DNA of 64,000 nucleotides from Owenia fusiformis (lineage: Eukaryota), in assembly GCA_903813345.2 (NCBI GenBank), contig CAIIXF020000001.1, positions 27,590,001 to 27,654,000 of the forward strand, given 5' to 3'. Below are positions 40,026-50,600 of this stretch, in pieces. Position numbers and translations under genes: made by a program. The notes beneath the pieces were generated by a model. That model saw nothing but the letters and a program-made list of their open reading frames with translations. It was not told the origin of the DNA and searched no databases. Numbering within the stretch: the stretch's first letter is position 1; each line of letters opens with the position of its first letter.

Positions 40026-40562
40026 AAAGGGAGGGGACGAGGTTTGGAAGATGGAGAAGAGACAGGAGGAGGTTGGGTGGAAGTAGGAGGAGGTATGAGG
40101 TAAGGAGGAGGTAGGGAGGAGGTGGGAGGAGGTAAGGAAGAGGTTCGAGGAGGTAAGGAGGAGGTAATGATGAGGTAGGGAGGAGGTAGGAGGAGGTGGG
40201 AGGAGGTAAGGAGGAAGCGGGAGGAGGTAGAGAGGAGGTGGGAGAAGGTAAGGAAGAGGTAAGGAGGATATAGGGAGGAGGTAATGATGAGGTAGGGAGG
40301 AGGCGGGGGGAGGTAAGGAGGAGGTAAGGAGGAAGTGGGAGGAGGTAGGGAAAAGATGGCTAACTTCCGCTTTAAAACCTACCCAGGCCGACTAAAAGAT
40401 GCCTCACTTCCGCTATGATGTCACCCTCTTGCCCAGACAGATGCAAAATGGCTGACTTCCTGCTAGAAAGCTTCAAAATGGCCGACTTCCGGTTAAATGG
40501 CTGACTTCCGGGCTGACTTCCGGTCAAGTGGCTGACTTTCTGTCAAAATGGCTAACTTCCGG
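40026..40562. repeat. Subterminal purine-rich (GGAGGAGGTA)n tract followed by an AAAATGGCTGACTTCCG motif array
   Basis: ~325 bp of GGA/GGT repeats (40026-40350), then ~8 copies of (AAAAT)GGCYRACTTCC (40354-40562) abutting the right TIR. Confidence 0.85.
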
Positions 40563-40620
40563 AACGTATAGTCGTGGGGTAGGGCGTCCGTTACCCCTAG
40601 GGGCCGAGATCCCCGAAATA

Positions 40621-42559
40621 CCAGGTCGTTCAATAAGTTCTCATAATTTTGCTCTCATTTTAAGAGTTTTTTATATTTTTCCATGAAAATTTCACAGACG
40701 ATGCAGAATGTATCTGTGTAACAACCCTGCAAAAATTAAGTTTTAATTCTAATGGTCGTGAAAATGGCGGTTGTTATAGTAACATGAAAAATGGGTAGGC
40801 GGGGCAGATTATTTGACGTCATAGTGGCATATAATTCAGTTCAACATTGTGGAGAGTAACAAGTGTTTTAATGTCATGTAGTCCCATTTATCCCATGAAA
40901 TAGTATGGGGTAAATGTTTCTATTCCTACTTTAAATGCTCAAAATAATGTCCATTGGATGCGACACACTTTCGATGACGTTCTACCCAATCCTGGAAGAT
41001 TTTATGGAATCCATCAGGAAATCTAGCTCTGAGAGCATTTTGGACTGCATTCTGCAAATCTTCTGTCGATGCAAATCGAAAACCTCTCAGCTCATCTTTC
41101 ATTCGGCCAAACACGCCAAAGTCGCATGGGGCTTCATCAGGTGAATATGGTGCCTGTGGGAGAACTTCCATTCCGAGTTCTCCTATGGTGTTCAGTACAA
41201 GTTCTGCCCGGTGACACGGGGCATTATCCTGATGAAATATTCTTGTCGCCAACTCTAGGAGGGGGCGTTTCTTTGAGAAGGCCCGTTTGAGATGCCTCTT
41301 GAGAACCTGAAATAGTCAGTAGGATAGGATACTAATGCCTTTAACATTTGTACTTAACCATTTTTATAGTTCAAATCTGATTTTAAATTTGATTTGATTT
41401 AATGTTTTTACTCTTATATTGATTAATTTATTAATAATGAATAAGCTTACCATTGCATAATAGTCCTTGTTTATTCTCTGACCATCAGGAATTGCATGCG
41501 TAAGCAGCACCCCAGAGCTATCCAAAAACACAATGAACATCACCTTGCCGTCATTTTTGGTCAGTTTTGCCAGGGTTGAAATGGGAGTAGGTGAGTTCTT
41601 AGTTCTCCAACCACTTGATGCTCTCTTCCCAAGGGGCTCATAATAGCTGACGTACACCTCGTCGCATGTGATAATTCGTTGAAGAAAACTATCCCCTTCA
41701 TCTTGGTATCGTCTTAGAAATTCTTGGGAAACCTCAACTCTGCGGGCTCTCTGGTCACTAGTTAACTCCTTTGGCACCCATTTAGCACACATGAGGTTCA
41801 TTTTAAGCTTCTCTTTCAGAATGAAGTGTGTTCTACCTATACTAATGTTCACATTCTCACTAAGTTCCCGTACAGAGATGCGGCGATCATCATCTAGAAC
41901 TGTCTTAACTCTTTCAACAGCCTTTGGGCTGGTGACTTTTACCGGTCTGCCAGTCCGTTTTTCATCCATCACAGATTTTCTTCCCTCTGAACCAAACCTT
42001 TGATACCATTGGTATATGGTAGGTGTGCTCATTAACTCCTTTCCATAAATATCTTGAACTGCTTTTATTGTTTCTCCTCTTGATTTCTTGGATAACACAC
42101 AAAATCTTATCACACTACGGATTTGAATTTGAATTTCATCTTGACTTTTCACAAGACCACAGTCAGCTGCCATCTTGGGTCTCTCTATTGAAACCTTTTC
42201 TGTGATGTCATACCTTTTTATGTGATGTCACAGTAATAACTATACTCAGAAAAGTTGCATCTTTCACACTGATGTCAAAACCTGTTTCTATGGTTGCAAA
42301 TCTTTCAGATAAAACATATGACATTTCAAGATGAAATCTAACTACATCCATGGATTTTACGATCAAATAAAGTTGCCCCGCCTACCGATTTTTGACGTTA
42401 CTATAGCAACCGCCATTTCCACAACCATTAGAATTAATACATAATCTTTGCAGAGTTGTTACACAGATACATTCTGCATCGTCTGTGAAATTTTCATGGA
42501 AAAATATAAAAAACTCTTAAAATGAGAGCAAAATTATGAGAACTTATTGAACGACCTGG
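40621..42559 (-). mobile_element. Mariner (DD34D) transposon, apparently intact, inserted in the Polinton right TIR
   Basis: TA|CCAGGTCGTTCAATAAGTTCTC...GAGAACTTATTGAACGACCTGG|TA; ~190-bp TIRs; the left Polinton TIR shows the empty site with a single TA. Confidence 0.95.
40926..42173 (-). CDS. Mariner transposase, 2 exons, 367 aa
   Basis: Exon 1 42173-41451, phase-0 intron GTAAGC...TTTCAG 41450-41307, exon 2 41306-40926. Motifs: HTH region with TGRP, WVPKEL, ITCDE, HQDNAPCH, YSPDEAPCDF (D34D). Confidence 0.93.
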
Positions 42560-44591
42560 TATGTACACGCCACCACGCCGAGGGGGGAGGGGTGGGGTCC
42601 CCGTATGTGCCTCCCGAGCTCAGGGAGGCTCACAGATGTCCCTCCCCATTGGAGCCCATGTTAGGGAGGGTACTATGAAAAATCGTGTCCCTCCCCATAG
42701 GACTCCATGTTATAGGTGTGTCAGAACTCTCGTTTCTGTAACTACTATCGCGCACTTTGATGTTCCACTTTATCAATGGTTTGTGGTTTACATTTTTCGA
42801 GTGTTTTATACTTTCCTAGGACTATCTTCTGTGATTTTTCAATGGTCAAAAATATTGTCGAGAGTGGGGCAAAACGGCCCATGGGTGGGGCAAAACGGCC
42901 CACCCTCTGTTACATGGGTTTTAAAACCAAAATTAATCAATTACAAGACTCGTCCACACACATAATATCTCAGACGTTCAAACCTTTGACAGATAAAGTA
43001 TTCTTAACCCCTACCATAATTCTAGTCATTCGATATGTGTCGGAAGGAATTAAGGTACAAGCCAAATGTTAAAATCGTTATATTTGAAAACCAATTGCTC
43101 TTGCACAATAAGATTTTTGTATGTTATAACATGTGTGGGCCATTTTGCCCCAAAGACATGTGAATTTTCAAATAGACCTCTTAATTTGCCTAATAGTTGA
43201 AGCTTGAAATTTTTACAAATAAAAAATAAATGTGCATACTCTATGTAAAATGTTAAATCAGAATCAAAACGATATTCTATCATTTTGTTGCCGGATTTTT
43301 TTAGAGATTCTCGTGGGAGGGGTTATTTACAAAAAGAGGGTGAAAAGTAGAATTACCTCTAAAGCGAGACGCTGCTTGGTTATAATGGGCGGTCGAGAAG
43401 GTGGCAGAAATTTCAAAATTCGATTATGTGACTTTTGAAGAACCATCTTTTTATAGGTTCAAAAGATATTTCGATAGGCCACTTTGCCCCAGACGGCCGT
43501 TTTGCCCAATGTTCCCCTAGTACTTGAATCATGACAATATAACATCGTTAAATTCGTTTAAATTAGAAATGCTCTCGGTTTGGAATTTGATTTTACAATA
43601 AAGCTGTAATTTGTGCATTTAGATCGCTTTTGTTACATTGACGTAAGTCCGTCAAAGTAACATAAGTTACATTGGTAATATAACGGGGTTTCGTCAATGC
43701 AACAAAAGCGAGAGGCTCAGTATATGAATTACAGCTTCACGATTTACAAAACAAATTCCAAATCAAGAAACTTATTAAAACTAGGCTATTTTCTAGCTTT
43801 GGGCCAAATTATAATCTGCAACTTGACTTATTAGGTTTAAATCGAGAAGCCAAAAATTCGTAACCATTCCGTCAAAGTAACTAAGAAAAATTCGGTATAA
43901 CCTCAAGTTCGGTAGCCTACAATGCGCGTCGGTATAATGGGTTTCGGAAGACTATAATGCGCGGACTCCCTTTTGCCAAGGGGAAACGAACTCCCGTGCA
44001 GTGATATATCTATACCGAGACACTGCATAGGAGTTCGAAGGGGAAATTCACGTTTCGTAAAAACATATACAAGGGTTCACATTTAACCATTTTGGTCCAA
44101 ACTTAAATCATTACTTGAAAAGTAGTCAGAATAATGGAAAACTGATTTTGAAAGAATTTTTGTCGGAGTGGGAGGGTTTGCTCGCCTCACTGACTTGTTA
44201 TATTCACCTCCGCCGGGCCATGCCCGGCCCTGGTCAGTCACAGGCCTGACACTATAGTCTAGTACTGAAATACAATAAATCAATCAATCTTACTCTTCTA
44301 AGGTAAGTCAACTTTACTGAACAAATTGAGACTAGTAAGTTACAGTGAGGCCAGAGATGGTTATATATAATAGCACCCCCCCCCCCCCCCCCCCGGGGAC
44401 CCCCCCCCAGCTCAAGAGTGCCAGAAAAAAATTGAGTGAAACTTGAGACCTATGTCAAGGGTTGAAAAAAATTCAAAAATTATTTTGGAGTACCAGTTGC
44501 TTTTACATTATACATATTTGTACACAAAGCTGTTCAAACATGTAAAGGAGGAATAAACAATTAGTCATTTCCTTTCGTTTCATGATGCACA

Positions 44592-44601
44592 TCTCGCGAG
44601 A
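44592..44601. promoter_or_regulatory. CGCG element (TCTCGCGAGA) upstream of RCC2
   Basis: Perfect palindrome ~100 bp upstream of the RCC2 ATG; a known housekeeping core-promoter motif in vertebrates. Confidence 0.55.
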
Positions 44602-44697
44602 ATCTAACGAGACTTTCTCATGCCGTAAAATCTTTTACGGTTTCTTTGTCAAAATATACACTAAAACACCACATTCACCGTTCAAATCAAGTCAAAT

Positions 44698-47600
44698 ATG
44701 CCACCAAAGAAAAGAACTGGCGGTGATCCAGGGTCTGGAACTCAACAGAAGCGCAGAAGAAAAAAGAAAGCGACAAACGGTGATGCAGAAGACGATTCCG
44801 AAGAAGAGAACAATGGCAACAATTCTGGCGGGGAATATGAAGAAGAAGACGGTCAAGGAGATGCACAAGTTGTGAGTTTCATGTGTTATCATGTTTAGAT
44901 GATTTCATTTTATGATTTCCTGATCAATTTGGTACCAAATATAATGTACTTTTTTCCAGTATAGTTGTTGGGCCTTTTGTTTGTCTTTTCTTCCTTTATT
45001 GTTGTTGATGGCTTTTCAAAACATTGATTCTCAGCCAGAACTCTTCAAGTATAAATATGAGAAGATACAAGAATATGACCCTTGCGACAGTTGAATCAAC
45101 CGAAATGAAAAGCCCCCCCCCTAGTATGTATCCAACAGACCGAATATAATATTCGGTCTGTTATGATTGATATATTTCCTGTGGAAATCGCGGTGATATT
45201 TTTTGCACATAAATTTCTCGTTTATTACAAGAATGTTCACCTTGAAAATTGGTGAATATGTTGAAGAGATGTTCATCTTAAACTAGAAGCAAAAATATTT
45301 GTATAAGGCGGGTACAAGTTGATATAAAATAATGAAATGTTCAGACTCACCAAAACTTCAGGATGTGTTCATAAGTAGATCGCGAAATCAATGTCAAGGA
45401 CGTTTGAGTTCACGAGATCCAAACGAGATATGCAAATTTTTGAACTTTGACAACACACCACTTGATTACCTCGGCCTTCTTCATGAATATTTCCGCTCTA
45501 TTTACTATAAATGACGAAAATTAATCGGGATAATGATAACAAATGACTAGATCTAATAAATTCCCGCACAAATGGAATTAATCAATACGCTTCCGTAATG
45601 TTGCTCCGTCCGCTCCACGTGTTATTTGTTTACAAATAGACTGACGTCACTGGCTAAATCTCGTTCATCGTGAGAATTGGCATTGCCAAAATGGCTTGAC
45701 CAAATCAATGGCTTCGCTACAAGAAGCGTCTGTACATTTTATGAATATCTTCAGTAAGAGGACAATATACGAAAAAATAATATTGTAAGTTCTTTATAAG
45801 GTAATCATTTTATCATTAAACAAACTTATTTGTAACATTTATATAACACCACATTTTACAATAGGTGACTTACAGTCTGAATTTATTCAGACGAAGGATA
45901 CAGTCTACCCCCCCCCCCCCCCCTCTCAGCGTACCAAAGAGAAGCCGAAAAATTACTGTCCCGCTCCGTAATCTTTATATCTCACCTCATATCTCATATT
46001 CATTGAAGTTTTACACATAATACAGATAATAGATATCTTATTGAGCAATTAAAGTCCATTTCACTGCTTCATTTCGTCAGTAGAACGGCAAAAATAAGAA
46101 ATTGGGAGACCATTGTGCAATAATATATGGAAAAGTATATTCATAATGTACATGAATGACATTTGTATATCTTGGATTGCTTCTAGTTTGGCTTATAAAG
46201 TGTGTGGCCTCTTATATTTGGATGTTTCTCTGCCATGTTATTTTCAATAAGATTAACATGGCTGATATTCTTCAAATTACAAGACGGCACAGGCTTATTG
46301 CACAAAAAACTAAAAAATCTGAAATATACAAATCCCCCATTATTTAATTATCATTGATATGATTAAATGTCAATGTTACTAATTCTTTTTTTGTGTTCCA
46401 TACCTGGCTTTTGAACTTCTGCACTTTCCAGATATACAGTGTCCCAAAGTATGCCCCCCCCCCTAGGCAGACATATACCAATGTCTCCATAGTATGTGTC
46501 ATATATCATTTTTAAGGCTTATCCAAAGTTACATTGATTTGCCAAATATGATGGTTCAAATGGTAAAAAGTAACAGTTACAGGCATTTCAAAAATTAGCG
46601 TTTTGTCAAAAAGATCAGTATCCTGGAAACAGCCCTGACCCTGTGACAGAAAATATGGATGCCATTCTCGAAGATAGGATGGCTATTGAGTTCTAAAAAG
46701 ATGACGTTTAGGGTAGATACTCCAAGGAAACTCTTCTTATGCCTTAAAAGGTTCCATGAGGATTACAAAATGCCATATCCCTATTTGAAGCCTGTTTAAG
46801 GTCATATATGGAAAGTATTGCTGCTGTTAACATGGCGGCTAAGGAGACACACCGACTATTGTTTTGGTGTAAAACTGACTTTAATTTTGGCCAAACACTA
46901 ACTTTTGTATTCCTGTAACTTTTTCCATTTGTGAGTTGAACCATGATACTCGGCAAATTAATAAAACTTTGGATGAGCTTTAAAATGATATATGACACAT
47001 ACTATGGAGACATTGGTATATGTCTGCCTAGGGGGCCCATACTTACGGGACACCCTATAGCATAAATTTTGAAAGTCATCTTGCTAGTATAGATCTCTCC
47101 ATGAACTCCTTGAGATTATTAAAATTCATAAAAGTGCAACTAAACATAACGTAACGTACCGACGCCGAGTGGCCAAAAAGGTCGGAAGATATCACGCCAT
47201 GGTCACATATTAATCACCATATTAACACTTTCATAAAATAAAATAGCATTCAACGAAAAAATCACGTTTACCTGTTTATCTGTACTAGGGATACAGGAGC
47301 ATGTTCGTTGAACATCACTTGTTACGCATAAAAAAACCCTTAATGCATTTTTGAAATTAAATCATTGCAATGTTTAATATTATAACTCATGAATTTCAAT
47401 TACAGGGACAACATACACTGTGAGTTGACAACGTACATTTCTGATTTTTTAAATTATACCAAATTCATGAATATTTATTAAATCGTAACCCGTCTTAAAT
47501 TGTGCAGTTTAGAGAAACACATTCTCATTAAAATATTCGACACTCCAAGACGTCATGGGAGAAAATTATCAAAGGAAATGTGTAAAAAACAACATTTTTC

Positions 47601-50600
47601 CAACCGAACAATTGTATGGGTAGACGTACAACGAAAAAAATCGAGCACTGCTCGAAGATCTTTTAACGTAATTAGAAAAATAAATGTCTTTGAAATCGAA
47701 TACACGCGAAATCAAACAGGAAATCCTTTTTGTATTCCTCAAATTTATTTAACTTTCAGATAATTGAGGGATCTAAAGTGACTGGAGAGGTATTATTCTC
47801 AGGAGCCTCCAACTGGGATATGGTTGGAAGAAGCAAGTTGCCCAAAGATGGTAAGCCATGATCTGTTTTCTCGACATTATTCAAGCATAACAATAATGAA
47901 AATTAATTCAAATGTATTTGTGACCATTTTTAAGCCCCAGTCACATTTGCTCTGTGGCCTTACGGTGGCCATAGCTTCACAAAATCGATATAGAAAATCA
48001 ACATCATACTGCTTATCCCTATATTGTATGCTGCATAATTCTCTCAATATTGGGAGGCTACAACCGCCTTATGGTTGCTGTTGATCAAATGTGAATTAGG
48101 CATTAATTAACTAAGCGACCATTGATAATAAATCAGATCATACGTGGTCAGCATTTAAATGAGAAAAATTAAGGTAATTTTTGTATAATTTCAGCCAAGA
48201 ATGGTGGCGGTCCTAACTTATGGGCACCTCATAGGATTGCTAGTTTAACTGGTGTGAAGGTGCGCTCCATAATTACTGGATGCTTAGCATGTCACAATCT
48301 GATAATTACAGCCGAGGGCAAAGTTTATAGCTGGGGTAGGTAGAACCTTAGAAATCAATCAGTACACTAATACTTTTAGTATGATGATATACAGTCTACG
48401 ATACATGTATTTCACTCCTATAATGTTGAATGCATCGTAAATGATATGCCATAAACTTACCTACGCCTTATCAGGATGACATGTTTAAATTTTTTGCATA
48501 ACCTTGGGATACTTCTGATTTTTCATGTCTCCGGTTTGACCAATGGTGAAATTGCTAACTTGGCTGTGATGTGTTGATAATATTCAATATTTACTTGTCA
48601 GTGCATATAGCAAAGTTCTCGCAATTCAGAGTTGAACTTCAAGTGAATGTAATTTTAGGTCGTAACGACAAAGGCCAGCTAGGCCATGGTGATACAAAGC
48701 GTCGAGACATTCCCACAATAATCGAGTCTCTCAAGGACGAAAACATAATCAGCGCAGCTGTTGGTAAAAATCACACTCTAATTTTAAATGGTAAGTCTAT
48801 TATTATCTTTCTGCGTGTTGTTTTACAAAGAAAGAATGGTTTAGGAATTAAGGATATAGTGAAGCCCTCCATCTGTCAAGAAGATAACTTGAATACGAGT
48901 TCATGGATTTTCTTCATATTTGGTGGAAAGATATATATTAGACAAGACAAGATGGCCACCACATGGCAGGAATTTCAGCCAAAGTAATAAACATTACTTT
49001 GGGAGTCTGGAAACAGGAATTTTGTCAATTTTGAGATCTTTCTGAAGTACAGTTTTATTATACTCAAAATAAAGGTTATTAAGAGTATTGCAAATATTTT
49101 ATAATTTTTCTGATTGTAGCCATGGAAAATTCAAAATGGCTATCTAATGTGGGATTTCGCAATAGATTCCTGAGATCTTCAAAGAATGGTTATATTACAA
49201 CCGAAAGATTTTCAGAGTAGATCACAATTATGATATTGTTTTTCTGATTCGTGCCTCAAGAATTCACAATGACATTACATTACATTAGATCTCAAATATT
49301 GTCTTTATGATTTGAGCCCTTGAAATCCTAAATTGTCACTCAGATGCTTAAATTGATGGAAATTCTGATATATCCCCCAATGTCTGTCTTTGATTATCTG
49401 CATATCAAGGGTAGAGTAGATGATACATACATGCACTACATTTTGTTAAATAAACATTCATGAATATAAATGTGGCTACTCAGTGGAGTTGCCACTTTCT
49501 AGATTACGATGATTCGCAAAACTTGTTATATCTGGCTAAATACGTTATTATCTGGTTTTGATCTTTGCTTTTTTGCTCTTATATCGAACCCATGGAATTG
49601 CATTGAGAAATGAGTAGTCCAAATAAAAATAAATTCTGTTTCAAATAGTTAAACCCCAATAGCACGGGGTACCATCGAATAATTTTGGCAACATACCGGA
49701 GAACGACATTTTACTAAGAAATGGCAATAATTTAGCACAATATATTTTTTAACTAGAGTTCTACTTTGATTTTGACAAAAGTAAGTATTCCATGCAATGG
49801 CTATTTCATTCATGAGTTTGTAGGAATTCTGTTGGAACCCAGTTCTGATCAAGTACGAAGTTATTGAAATCGGCGCAGTCGGACTTTACTCCGAAAGATG
49901 GTTTTTCGCTTATAACTTTTTACAACATTTAAGTATAGACTTTTGAAAAAAGTACAGAATAGTCCTTATACTATTGAATAATTCTGTTATTTTTGATTCA
50001 CACGACTCTGATTTGTTTAATTTAAAAAAAGTTTTAAAAATATTACTTAGGAACGTAACCGGAGCTGGGAACGTAACCGGAGCAGATAAGTTGAATTATA
50101 TCATTTAAAAAATAAAATATATGATTTAAAGCATATATATTAATAAATACGCATTCGAACAATCCCGTATGTTTTTAAATTAGTATATGTGCTTTAAATC
50201 ATATATTTTAATTTTTTGATTAAATAATTCAACTGATCTGCTCCGGTTACGTTCCCAGCTCCGGTTACGTTCCTAAGTAATATTTTTAAAACTTTTTTTT
50301 TAATTAAACAAATCAGAGTCGTGTGAATCAGAAATAACAGAATTATTCAAAAGTATAAGGACTATTCTGTACTTTTTTCAAAAGTCTATACTTAAATGTT
50401 GTGAAAAGTTATAATCGAAAAACCATCTTTCGGAGTAAAGTCCGTCTGCGCCGATTTCAATAACTTCGTACTTGATCAGAACTGGGTTCCAACAGAATTC
50501 CTACAAACTCATGAATGAAATAGTTATTGCATGGAATACTTACTTTTGTCAAAATCAAAATAGAACTCTAGTTAAAAAATATATTGTGCTAAATTATTGC

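Larger units (their letters stand above)
36425..42746 (-). mobile_element. Miniature Polinton/Maverick-type element (integrase plus ZnF-ATPase only)
   Basis: Termini AGTAGTTACAGAAACG...CGTTTCTGTAACTACT; 6-bp TSD ATCGCG (36419-24 and 42747-52); ~245-bp near-identical TIRs (36425-36668; 40563-40620 plus 42562-42746, split by a mariner); Polinton-type integrase and packaging ATPase inside. Confidence 0.93.
35807..43517. mobile_element. Non-autonomous TIR element (~0.85 kb net) hosting the Transib MITE and the mini-Polinton
   Basis: AGGGAACATGGGGCAAAACGG at the left and CCGTTTTGCCCAATGTTCCCC at the right, flanked by TAGTA on both sides; internal GGGGCAAAACGGCC repeats at 42866-42900, with related inverted copies at 43137 and 43477. 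Confidence 0.7.
30644..43970. mobile_element. Old TIR element (possibly MULE-like) forming the outer shell of the nested stack
   Basis: Left end GGGATCACCTCATTATACCGA...CCCATTAAACCGACGCGCATTGT is inverted at the right end (ACAATGCGCGTCGGTATAATGGG...ATAATGCGCGGACTCCC); flanks TTTTACC and TTTTGCC form an imperfect TSD. Confidence 0.5.

Noticed and set aside
42561-43072. ORFs of 134 and 98 aa at the Polinton right end
   Set aside because: They run through the TIR and across the element boundary into the host MITE; not coding-like.
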